Program-made: the position numbers and the translations under genes | IMG/VR virus record: IMGVR_UViG_3300031993_000008 | Coordinates: 96,001 to 160,000 of that record | Reading direction: 5' to 3' (one strand) | Length of the DNA: 64,000 bases | DNA from: a virus | Lineage: Duplodnaviria > Caudoviricetes | Notes under the pieces: generated by a model | Told to the model about the DNA's origin: nothing | Database searches by the model: none | Seen by the model: the letters and a program-made list of their open reading frames with translations, nothing else | In this document: piece after piece, positions 40,842-48,923 of the stretch | Layout of the letters: every line of letters starts with the position of its first letter | Numbering within the stretch: position 1 is the first letter of the stretch

Positions 40842-41590
40842 ATCTCAAATTCAAAAGGATAATATGCTTCTTGATATTGTTCATTCTTGAAAGACACATT
40901 GACCAGTTTCTTGTCACCAATCTCAACAGGATTGTGCTGACCTGAATGGACATGCCCGCAGAGTGCATACTTAAAGTTCCTGTATTTCAATACTTCAGCC
41001 AATTCAGGAGAACCATAATCTGCACCTGTATTGTAACACCCACCCTGGAGTACACCACCAAGACCTTCAATCTTTGGAGGCATATGTGTAATGATCACAT
41101 CACACTTTTCAGGAATCTTATTGAACTTCTCCTTGAGTGAATCATCATCAAGATAAAATGCCCATCTTCTTAAATCCCTTATCCAAGGTGTACCATAGAA
41201 TGTATGACCTTTATATTCATAAGATGAATCACAGAGATAAACAAGTTTATCATATGTCTTCATTAAATCTCCAGGAAGGAGTTTCTCCATTACATTATTT
41301 GCACTTATCCAAGTATATCTTGTGTATTCCTTTGACCTGTCAATCAAAACCCTGTGAATATTCTGTAAAAAGAAGTCATGATTGCCTGCCACAAGGATGA
41401 ACTTCTTACAGGGAAGACTTTCAACCCAGGGAAGGAACACAAGACAGAACCAGGATACCATAGATGTCTGGTCACTCTGGTATTCCAATGGACTGATGTC
41501 ACCGGCACAGCAGACAACATCACATTCCGGAATCTCAGGAAGAGTTCCATGTATATCAGATATACCTACAACTTTTATTTTCTTTTCCAT
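40838..41590 (-). CDS. Metallophosphoesterase (calcineurin-like)
   Basis: SDIHG, AGDI, AGNHD, THMPP, GHVH. Confidence 0.9.
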   Translation of the reverse strand: MEKKIKVVGISDIHGTLPEIPECDVVCCAGDISPLEYQSDQTSMVSWFCLVFLPWVESLPCKKFILVAGNHDFFLQNIHRVLIDRSKEYTRYTWISANNVMEKLLPGDLMKTYDKLVYLCDSSYEYKGHTFYGTPWIRDLRRWAFYLDDDSLKEKFNKIPEKCDVIITHMPPKIEGLGGVLQGGCYNTGADYGSPELAEVLKYRNFKYALCGHVHSGQHNPVEIGDKKLVNVSFKNEQYQEAYYPFEFEI

Positions 41591-41591
41591 A

Positions 41592-41870
41592 TTATAATGT
41601 CCAAATATTTAAAAACCAATCTCCATATGAACCTATCAGGTCTCTCCTGTCATTTAACAGTTTGTGGACTTCCTCCATCTGTTCTTTTGAAACAATCACA
41701 TTTGTTTCAACCGGGATTTCCATATTCAGAAGTTCACCAATCTCTTTACATAATTCAGGTGTTCTGAACCAGATTTCACTTCTCACATAATCATAATGTG
41801 CTCTACCATTATCATCTTCATAATTGTTAATGATATGGTGGAGTATATAATCCAATTTCATAATTAACAA
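41592..41870 (-). CDS. Hypothetical protein
   Basis: 92 aa after class II promoter at 41882. Confidence 0.55.
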   Translation of the reverse strand: MLIMKLDYILHHIINNYEDDNGRAHYDYVRSEIWFRTPELCKEIGELLNMEIPVETNVIVSKEQMEEVHKLLNDRRDLIGSYGDWFLNIWTL

Positions 41871-41904
41871 TATTTACTATATAAAAATAACAAAAGAGGA
41901 AGAC

Positions 41905-42660
41905 TTATTTGGTTTCCTCTTCATTTTTTATTCTTTCCTGTATTATTTTGTAATAATCCTCATTGAGTTCAAACCCTATAAAGTTTCTCTTTGTCCTGAT
42001 GGCCGCCACCGCAGTCGTACCTGAACCCATACAATTATCCAATATTGTATCACCTTCATTGGAGTATGTCCTTATCAACCATTCAATGAGTTCAACCGGT
42101 TTCTGTGTAGGATGGACCTGGTCCTGTCTTCTCCACTTCTGTTGGAACTCCAATACACTGTCAGGGTATCTGAAACCTTCATTGACACTGACAACCTCCC
42201 TTCTGTTGAAACCTATATTATGATTGTTGATGTCAACCTCTGATATTTTGTGTGTCCTCTTGTATGGTTCACCCTTTATCATCTGTGGATTATAGACAGT
42301 CTTCTTACCATTCTTAGAAAAGATACTGATGTTCTCATGCTTTGATATTGGTCTGTACTTGGCGCAGAAAGCAGAACCACTCTTTGATTTCTTCCATATC
42401 AGATCATACTTATACCATTTCAGATTACTCATCCTCAACATACTGCTGAATGGTTCTGTGCCGAACAGGACTATTGCACCACCATCCTTGATGATCCTCT
42501 CATATTGTTCCCACAGTTTGTCAAAAGGTATGAGTATATCCCAGGAACAGGTGGATGTACCATAAGGAAGGTCACAGATGATACAGTCAATGGACTTGTC
42601 AGGAATATCTTTCATTCCCAACAGACAATCCTCATTATATACTTTGTTCAATTCTTTCAT
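41905..42660 (-). CDS. DNA amino-methyltransferase (beta class, DLPY)
   Basis: CDLPY, HPTQKP, LDNCMGSGTT; likely ATG at 42660. Confidence 0.92.
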   Translation of the reverse strand: MKELNKVYNEDCLLGMKDIPDKSIDCIICDLPYGTSTCSWDILIPFDKLWEQYERIIKDGGAIVLFGTEPFSSMLRMSNLKWYKYDLIWKKSKSGSAFCAKYRPISKHENISIFSKNGKKTVYNPQMIKGEPYKRTHKISEVDINNHNIGFNRREVVSVNEGFRYPDSVLEFQQKWRRQDQVHPTQKPVELIEWLIRTYSNEGDTILDNCMGSGTTAVAAIRTKRNFIGFELNEDYYKIIQERIKNEEETK

Positions 42661-43372
42661 TGATAATCTTATAGTATTCCTCATCAGTCTCAAAACCGAT
42701 GAACTTCCTTCCTGTGTTCAGACAGGCAACAGCAGTTGTACCTGAACCCATACAATTATCAAGTACCACATCACCTTCATTGGTGAATGTCTTGACCAAC
42801 TCTTCCAACAGTTTCAATGGTTTCTGTGTAGGATGAAGGTTTGATGTGAGTATATCCCTTTGGAACTTCCACACCTGGGTTGGGTATCTCTTACCTGTAT
42901 CAACATACTCTATAGGTTTCTTCATATTGTTGTCAGTCAGTTTCCCAAGTTTCCCATCCTTGACCTTGTTTGTTCTCGGAGGACCGTCATAAGTCAGCAT
43001 CTGGGGATTATATGTACACTGTTTCTTATAGAACACAGAGATGGTCTCCACATCCTTACCAACCCTTCTCTTCACCTGTTGTATGTTGGTGAGTCTTTCC
43101 TTCTGCCAGTATATGTCATACTTGTAGTCCTTCAGGTTACTCAATCTCACAAGCGAACTGAATGGTTCCTGACCAAACAACAGGATGGCACCATTATCCT
43201 TGATTATCCTGTCATACTGTTCCCATAACTTATCAAATGGGATTATAACATCCCAGAAACAGGAAGTTGAACCATAAGGAAGGTCACAGATGATACAGTC
43301 AATGGATTTGTCAGGGATTTCCTTCATTCCTTCAAGACAGTCCATATTATATACCTTATTGAGTTCCATCAA
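42635..43372 (-). CDS. DNA amino-methyltransferase (beta class, DLPY)
   Basis: CDLPY, HPTQKP, LDNCMGSGTT. Confidence 0.92.
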   Translation of the reverse strand: MMELNKVYNMDCLEGMKEIPDKSIDCIICDLPYGSTSCFWDVIIPFDKLWEQYDRIIKDNGAILLFGQEPFSSLVRLSNLKDYKYDIYWQKERLTNIQQVKRRVGKDVETISVFYKKQCTYNPQMLTYDGPPRTNKVKDGKLGKLTDNNMKKPIEYVDTGKRYPTQVWKFQRDILTSNLHPTQKPLKLLEELVKTFTNEGDVVLDNCMGSGTTAVACLNTGRKFIGFETDEEYYKIINERIEQSI

Positions 43373-44130
43373 AACAATTTGGAATTATATTCTGTTTTCT
43401 CTATCTCCAGTCTCTCTGTTGCCAGCTTGTAGTATTCTTCACTGAGTTCAAACCCTATATACTTCCTGTTTTCCCACAGTGCAGCAACAGCGGTGGTACC
43501 ACTTCCCATAAATGGGTCAAGTACAACATCTCCCTCATAGGTAAACAACCTTATACATCTTTTGGGAAGTTCAATAGGAAATGCCGCCGGGTGACCAACC
43601 TTACTCAATCTCTCACCATTGAACTCCCAGAGTCCATTACTCCAATCTATGAACTCCTTCCTTTCTATTGTGGCAACACCTGTATGTGTCAGTTTCATTG
43701 TTTTCCTGAACACAAGTATATACTCAAAACATCTTGGGAATGATGGAGATGACGGATTCATAAAACTTCCCCAGGCAGTCCTGTTACTTGAATTGTTCTT
43801 ATTCCATACAATGATGGTGAGGACATGGAAACCAATCTCCCTGGCAATCTGTATGAAATCTGAATGTGTGGGTATGGATCCATTCTTACCATCACCTATG
43901 TTTATACACATCCTTCCATCTTCTGCCAGGACTCTGTATGATTCCTGGAATATTTCCCTTATCCATTTCAGGTAATCATCATAAGGTTTGTTGTCATCAT
44001 ACTCATCATATTCAAGTCCTACATTATAAGGAGGAGATGTGATGATACAATTGACAACACCATCCGGAAGATTCTTCATACCTTCCAGACAATCCATATT
44101 ATAAATCTTATTAAAGTCCATAATACTCAT
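43369..44130 (-). CDS. DNA amino-methyltransferase (beta class, SPPY; N4C/N6A)
   Basis: TSPPYN, HPAAFP, LDPFMGSGTT. Confidence 0.92.
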   Translation of the reverse strand: MSIMDFNKIYNMDCLEGMKNLPDGVVNCIITSPPYNVGLEYDEYDDNKPYDDYLKWIREIFQESYRVLAEDGRMCINIGDGKNGSIPTHSDFIQIAREIGFHVLTIIVWNKNNSSNRTAWGSFMNPSSPSFPRCFEYILVFRKTMKLTHTGVATIERKEFIDWSNGLWEFNGERLSKVGHPAAFPIELPKRCIRLFTYEGDVVLDPFMGSGTTAVAALWENRKYIGFELSEEYYKLATERLEIEKTEYNSKLF

Positions 44131-44371
44131 CCTTACTCATCCAACCTTCCGGTTTAACAGTACTGATATGTACATAGTTTCCACATTCATGTGCATAGAG
44201 GTTTACACAGTTAAACAATTCATCTTTGTCAACTTCCTGTTCCACATAGTACAATGGGTTATGTTCATCACAAAGGTCACAGGCCTTTGCCCTACAAGTA
44301 AATTTTACATCTCCATCACCAAGACCACACTGATAATGGAGAATATAAATCTTAATCTTCTTATTGCTCAT
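44111..44371 (-). CDS. Small Cys-rich hypothetical protein
   Basis: 86 aa, CxxxCxxC; start 5 nt from a class II promoter. Confidence 0.6.
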   Translation of the reverse strand: MSNKKIKIYILHYQCGLGDGDVKFTCRAKACDLCDEHNPLYYVEQEVDKDELFNCVNLYAHECGNYVHISTVKPEGWMSKDEYYGL

Positions 44372-44415
44372 ACAATAAAAATAACAAAAGGTGAGTCATT
44401 CAACTCACCTTTCTT

Positions 44416-44898
44416 TTATAGTTTTTCACTTATGTCCTCACCAGTCTTCAAGTCAATTATCCTCTGATTGGTTGAACCTCTGAATGCCAGGGAAGTGTCC
44501 CTGTTGGAATGTTCATACAGACCGTCAACAAGAATGTCAGAGAGTTTCAGGATTTCTGGGAAGTGTTTCAGGCAATAGTCATAAGTATAACCTGTGTAGA
44601 TCCATACATCCTTTGTGTCACCAAACCTCTCCCTGAAATTCTGAAGGAGTTCCAACACACCATCAGGACTGTCAAGGGGATCACCACCACTCAATGTCAA
44701 TCCCTTGATGTAAGGTTTATCCATTTCATTGAACAACACTTCCTCAACCTTCTTGTCATATTCCTTACCTGAATTGAAACTCCAGGTCTTCCTGTTATGA
44801 CAGTTTCTGCAATGGTGGGTACACCCTCCAACCCAGAGGGTGGTTCTGCAACCCAATCCATTATTTACATCTGATGTCGTAATACTTATGTACTTCAT
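44416..44898 (-). CDS. nrdG: Anaerobic RNR activating enzyme (radical SAM)
   Basis: GCTHHCRNCHN, GLTLSGGDPL, FRGSTNQRII. Confidence 0.95.
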   Translation of the reverse strand: MKYISITTSDVNNGLGCRTTLWVGGCTHHCRNCHNRKTWSFNSGKEYDKKVEEVLFNEMDKPYIKGLTLSGGDPLDSPDGVLELLQNFRERFGDTKDVWIYTGYTYDYCLKHFPEILKLSDILVDGLYEHSNRDTSLAFRGSTNQRIIDLKTGEDISEKL

Positions 44899-44900
44899 AA

Positions 44901-47102
44901 TTAAATCTTCACTTCCTTGTTGTGTTTAACTCTGTCTTCTGTCTCTTTCTGCTTACCAAAATTGAAAGCAGTCTTATAATCGCCTGTAAGGTAGCCTGTC
45001 ACGCGGCGGAGTCTCTGAATCTTTGTACTTCCACACTGTGGGCAGGTATCACCAAGTTCACCCTGGTAACCACACTCTGTGCAGAGGTCATTAGGTGTAT
45101 TGACTGCAAAGTAAGGAATATCTTTGTCCATTGCATAGTTGACAATGGTTTCAAGGGCTTCTGTATTGTGAAGTACTGTTGAAGGAAGTTCAACATAAGT
45201 AATACAACCGGCAGAACTGTAACAAGTGAGTTGTGATTCAATATCAATCTTCTCAAATGGAGTAACCTTCTCCCAAACAGGAACATGCATTGAGTTGGTG
45301 AAGTATTCTCTGTCAGATACATTCTCAATCACACCATACTTGTCACGGAATTTCTTGAGTGCTGTGTAGCAAAGGTTCTCTGCTGGTGTGTAGTAAACAC
45401 CAAAGTTCAGACTGTACTCCTTTTTATATTCAGCACATCTGTCCTTGAAGAGTTGTTCAATTCTCTTTGCAAGTGCCATTCCCTCATCTGTGAGATGGTT
45501 CTTACCGATAAGGAGTTGAAGTGTCTCCGCAAGACCAAGCTGACCGATAACTATCGTACCATGCTTTAATGCTGACCTGATACCTTCCTCAGGAACATAT
45601 CCTGCCATTGTGCCATTGGTGTACATAAAGTCTGCTGACTTTGGTGACTGTGAGCAGATCCACTCGAATCTCTCGATAAGCATATCCTTTGCCTCACCTA
45701 TCTTCTTGTCAAGGAGTTTCATAAACTTCTCAACATCCCTGTCTGCTTCCATTGCAAGTGTAGGCATAATGATTGTAACAGGACATATGTTACCTCTACC
45801 ATCCTTCAACTGACCAAGACCATTCACATCCCAACCATTTGCTGTTCTACAACCCATTGTACTGAAATAAGTCCTGGGGTCATTGATGTCATAACCGGCA
45901 TTACCTGACCAGTCAACATTTGCATAATTAGGATAAAGTCTCTTTGCTGTTGACTTGAGGGCCAACTGATAAAGGTCATAGTTTGGTGTACCTGGTTTGT
46001 CATTCACACCTTTCATATACTGGAATATACCACAAGGGAAGATAGGTGTCTTATGGAACTTACCGAGACCGGCAATTGAAACCTCAAGGATTTTCTGTGT
46101 AACCATCCTTCCTTCTGGTGATGTACAGGTACCGTAGTTGATTGATGTGAAAGGCAACTGGTTACCTGACCTTGACTGAAGTGTATTCAGGTTATGATAC
46201 ATTCCTTCAACTGCCTGATAGGTTTCAGCCTCTGTCTGACCATAAGCATAATTGTAAATCTTTTGTAACTTATTTTTGAATTCCTCATTACCAAAACAGA
46301 GTTCACCAAACTCCTTTTCAAGTTCCTGGGTTTTGATTTCAGCATCATCCTTTGACATACCCTCAACAAACCTGTACCAACCTTTGACATGTTTCCTGAA
46401 TGATTTCTTCACATAAGGAACCATTGTCCAGTCAAGGTGTGTTGCTGATACACCACCAAACTGCTGAAGTGACTGCAACTGGAATATCACTGCAACCAGC
46501 TGCATCGCTGTATTGATTGAGTTGGCGGGACGGACATCAGTCTGCCTTGTATTGAATCCCTTTGCAAGAAGGTCATCAAAAGGTATTGAGAGACAGTTGT
46601 GCATACCTGCTGCATATGAATCTAAATCATGTATATATATTTCATTATTAAGATGATTGCTCTTTGACTTCTTTGACATACAGTATTTCAATGCATAGTC
46701 CTTTGTAACAACTCTGGTAACCTCACCCATTCTTCCGCCGAATGAATACTCATCTACATTGGCATTCTGGTTTTCTACATTCTTTGCGAGGAGTTTCTTT
46801 TCCACATCCTTTGTGAGCTGATTCTTTTCCTCTCTCATTGCTTTGTGTTCTGCCCTGTAAATGATGAAGTTCTTAGCAACACATGGGTAATACTTCATAA
46901 GGTACTTCTCAATCTTGTCCTGAATGTCTTCAACATTGATTGATTCTTCCCCATACTTGTCTACCCATTCCTTGATGAAGTCATATACCTCAACAGGAGT
47001 CTCCATCTCCTTTGAGGCAAATGCCTTGTCAAGTACATTGTAGATCTTCTCAATACGGAAGTGGGCACTGGTGCCATCTCTTTTTATTACCGTTTTGATC
47101 AT
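44901..47102 (-). CDS. nrdD: Class III anaerobic ribonucleoside-triphosphate reductase
   Basis: ATP cone IKRDG, YIHDLD, MGCRT, Zn CxxC/CxxC, glycyl radical RRVTGY. Confidence 0.96.
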   Translation of the reverse strand: MIKTVIKRDGTSAHFRIEKIYNVLDKAFASKEMETPVEVYDFIKEWVDKYGEESINVEDIQDKIEKYLMKYYPCVAKNFIIYRAEHKAMREEKNQLTKDVEKKLLAKNVENQNANVDEYSFGGRMGEVTRVVTKDYALKYCMSKKSKSNHLNNEIYIHDLDSYAAGMHNCLSIPFDDLLAKGFNTRQTDVRPANSINTAMQLVAVIFQLQSLQQFGGVSATHLDWTMVPYVKKSFRKHVKGWYRFVEGMSKDDAEIKTQELEKEFGELCFGNEEFKNKLQKIYNYAYGQTEAETYQAVEGMYHNLNTLQSRSGNQLPFTSINYGTCTSPEGRMVTQKILEVSIAGLGKFHKTPIFPCGIFQYMKGVNDKPGTPNYDLYQLALKSTAKRLYPNYANVDWSGNAGYDINDPRTYFSTMGCRTANGWDVNGLGQLKDGRGNICPVTIIMPTLAMEADRDVEKFMKLLDKKIGEAKDMLIERFEWICSQSPKSADFMYTNGTMAGYVPEEGIRSALKHGTIVIGQLGLAETLQLLIGKNHLTDEGMALAKRIEQLFKDRCAEYKKEYSLNFGVYYTPAENLCYTALKKFRDKYGVIENVSDREYFTNSMHVPVWEKVTPFEKIDIESQLTCYSSAGCITYVELPSTVLHNTEALETIVNYAMDKDIPYFAVNTPNDLCTECGYQGELGDTCPQCGSTKIQRLRRVTGYLTGDYKTAFNFGKQKETEDRVKHNKEVKI

Positions 47103-47123
47103 ACAAAAATTGTTTATTATATA

Positions 47124-47795
47124 TTATATTGTTTCACCACAGTTAAGTTGGTTAACTATGGTGTTTGTGTTCTCATCAATAGTGAAGTAGTTGTGATAAA
47201 CAGCAACTGTACCATTATATACATTCTCTCTTTCTTCCAGGAATCTCACACTCTCGACAGTCTTGTATTCATAATTGTCTGATGATGTACATACCTTGGT
47301 CAGTTTAATATTATAGAGATCTGCCTCATATCCTTCCCTGGTGCAGACCTCTCTCATATCCCAGATACACTCAAACTCCTCTCCTGATACCTCACATCTC
47401 TTTATGACAGTACCTTTCTTTGTTCCTGTGTATTCTGTAAACTTCCTGTCCTTCTCGTCAATATCAAGTGGAAGAACAGAATTATTCTTAATTGTCACAA
47501 TTTTATATCCCTCATATAAATCACCGGCATACACATAACCTTCATCTGTAAGGAACATATGGTTCAGTGTCGATTTCAATACTGTCCCGTCAGTCAATGT
47601 AATTTCAATGATTCCTATATTGTATCCCGACAACCTGGGATGGAACATTTTTGATACCTTTATATTACCATCGTCGTCAAGGCAATATACATTCACATCA
47701 TCACCGGAATCCGCCAGGTCCTTGAAGGATTTGGGTCCTTCTACTGTCCACACTTTGGTATCTCCTGTTACACAAGGATTTAGATTTTTCATCAT
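47124..47795 (-). CDS. Stand-alone mini-intein (Hint domain, 47142-47774) with 7-aa and 5-aa RNR-like exteins
   Basis: MMKNLNP|CVTGDT (block A), TLNHMF (block B), VYNGTV..HNYF (block F), QLN|CGETI (block G). Confidence 0.85.
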   Translation of the reverse strand: MMKNLNPCVTGDTKVWTVEGPKSFKDLADSGDDVNVYCLDDDGNIKVSKMFHPRLSGYNIGIIEITLTDGTVLKSTLNHMFLTDEGYVYAGDLYEGYKIVTIKNNSVLPLDIDEKDRKFTEYTGTKKGTVIKRCEVSGEEFECIWDMREVCTREGYEADLYNIKLTKVCTSSDNYEYKTVESVRFLEERENVYNGTVAVYHNYFTIDENTNTIVNQLNCGETI

Positions 47796-47817
47796 AAAAA
47801 ATTGATTAAAATTAAAC

Positions 47818-48348
47818 TTAAATTTCTGATTTCGGCGATAAATTATTTATGTATTCATCGACCGATTTTTCACTCTCCAACCTTAAGTTCCAGATACTGA
47901 AATCCTTAAAGTCTTTTGCATCATTTTTGAGGCGGACTTCATTGTCATCGCCCACCTTGTTTGTGTATCTATTGTTCAGTCTCTGTCTCCTTACTTCCTC
48001 TGGAATGTCAAGATAAATGATTGTAAATCTGTCTCTTAACTCTGGGAACTGTTCAAACACATCCCTCACATTAGCTGGTGAGAGGATTGCCACATCGGAG
48101 TTGATGAGTTCATCATAAGAGACTCCATACCAACCGATCCTATAGAAGTTTACTGATATGAAACTGCCTTTATTTTCCATATCCTTAAATACAGGTTCAG
48201 AGACAAAATGATACTCATCTCCAGTCTCATTTTCTCTCCTCTCCCTGGTGGTATATTGCTTCATTGGATGATAGCCTTTTTCCTCCATTTTCTTGATGAG
48301 CCAGTCTTTTCCGGAAGCACCTGGACCCACAATGATATATTTACTCAT
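47818..48348 (-). CDS. gmk: Guanylate kinase-like nucleotide kinase
   Basis: GPGASGKD, YTTRERRENE.GDEYHFV, WYG. Confidence 0.8.
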   Translation of the reverse strand: MSKYIIVGPGASGKDWLIKKMEEKGYHPMKQYTTRERRENETGDEYHFVSEPVFKDMENKGSFISVNFYRIGWYGVSYDELINSDVAILSPANVRDVFEQFPELRDRFTIIYLDIPEEVRRQRLNNRYTNKVGDDNEVRLKNDAKDFKDFSIWNLRLESEKSVDEYINNLSPKSEI

Positions 48349-48505
48349 TCAAATACTTTTTAAAGTTCTCAATGAGGTCACCTTTGAGGTTGTTGTTCCA
48401 TTCATCCTGTGACATTGGTATCTGTTTGACACTGTCACCAGCAAGATGGATCTCAGCAACCTCCTTACCTACATTATATGTTACTCTGTAAATCTCTCCT
48501 TTCAT
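48341..48505 (-). CDS. Small hypothetical protein
   Basis: ATG 48505 just after a class II promoter; overlaps the gmk start. Confidence 0.5.
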   Translation of the reverse strand: MKGEIYRVTYNVGKEVAEIHLAGDSVKQIPMSQDEWNNNLKGDLIENFKKYLNE

Positions 48506-48644
48506 ATAAGAAAGATAACAAAAAAGGAGATGATTTCTCATCTCCATTGTAAATAAAATATAATGTATTATATCTTAAAGATTTATCTCATAAAATCAAT
48601 TGTTATCAAATGGCCCGTTTGTAATATTATAAGAATATAAAGAT

Positions 48645-48824
48645 TTAAAATCCGAGATAGACAAACAGAAAATAACAGATGAAATAAAAGACAAAGAATA
48701 TAAGAAGAAACCTAATACCTGTATACAACAGACTGATTATGAAAGATATAAGTTTCCATATGACAGGTACAAGAATGATTATACCTACTATGATAAATGC
48801 TGTTATAATGATTGTTGATAACAT
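48645..48824 (-). CDS. 59-aa two-TM membrane protein (missing from the ORF track)
   Basis: MLSTIIITAFIIVGIIILVPVIWKLISFIISLLYTGIRFLLIFFVFYFICYFLFVYLGF; host-type promoter directly upstream. Confidence 0.6.
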   Translation of the reverse strand: MLSTIIITAFIIVGIIILVPVIWKLISFIISLLYTGIRFLLIFFVFYFICYFLFVYLGF

Positions 48825-48846
48825 ATGTTTTGTTTTATTTCCAATA

Positions 48847-48878
48847 CAAATATAATGGATTTATTTGATATTTCCAAA
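48847..48878 (-). promoter_or_regulatory. Host-type Bacteroidetes promoter (early)
   Basis: TTTG-N20-TATATTTG. Confidence 0.75.
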
Positions 48879-48923
48879 TTTATTTTACTTCATAAATAAC
48901 TTATAGTATTTTTTAATCATTTT

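Noticed and set aside
41905-44130. Restriction-modification system
   Set aside because: No adjacent restriction endonuclease; these look like orphan MTases.
44901-47795. Intein as part of a frameshifted or split nrdD
   Set aside because: nrdD is complete from ATP cone to glycyl loop, the intein exteins are class I/II type, and the ORF has its own stop.
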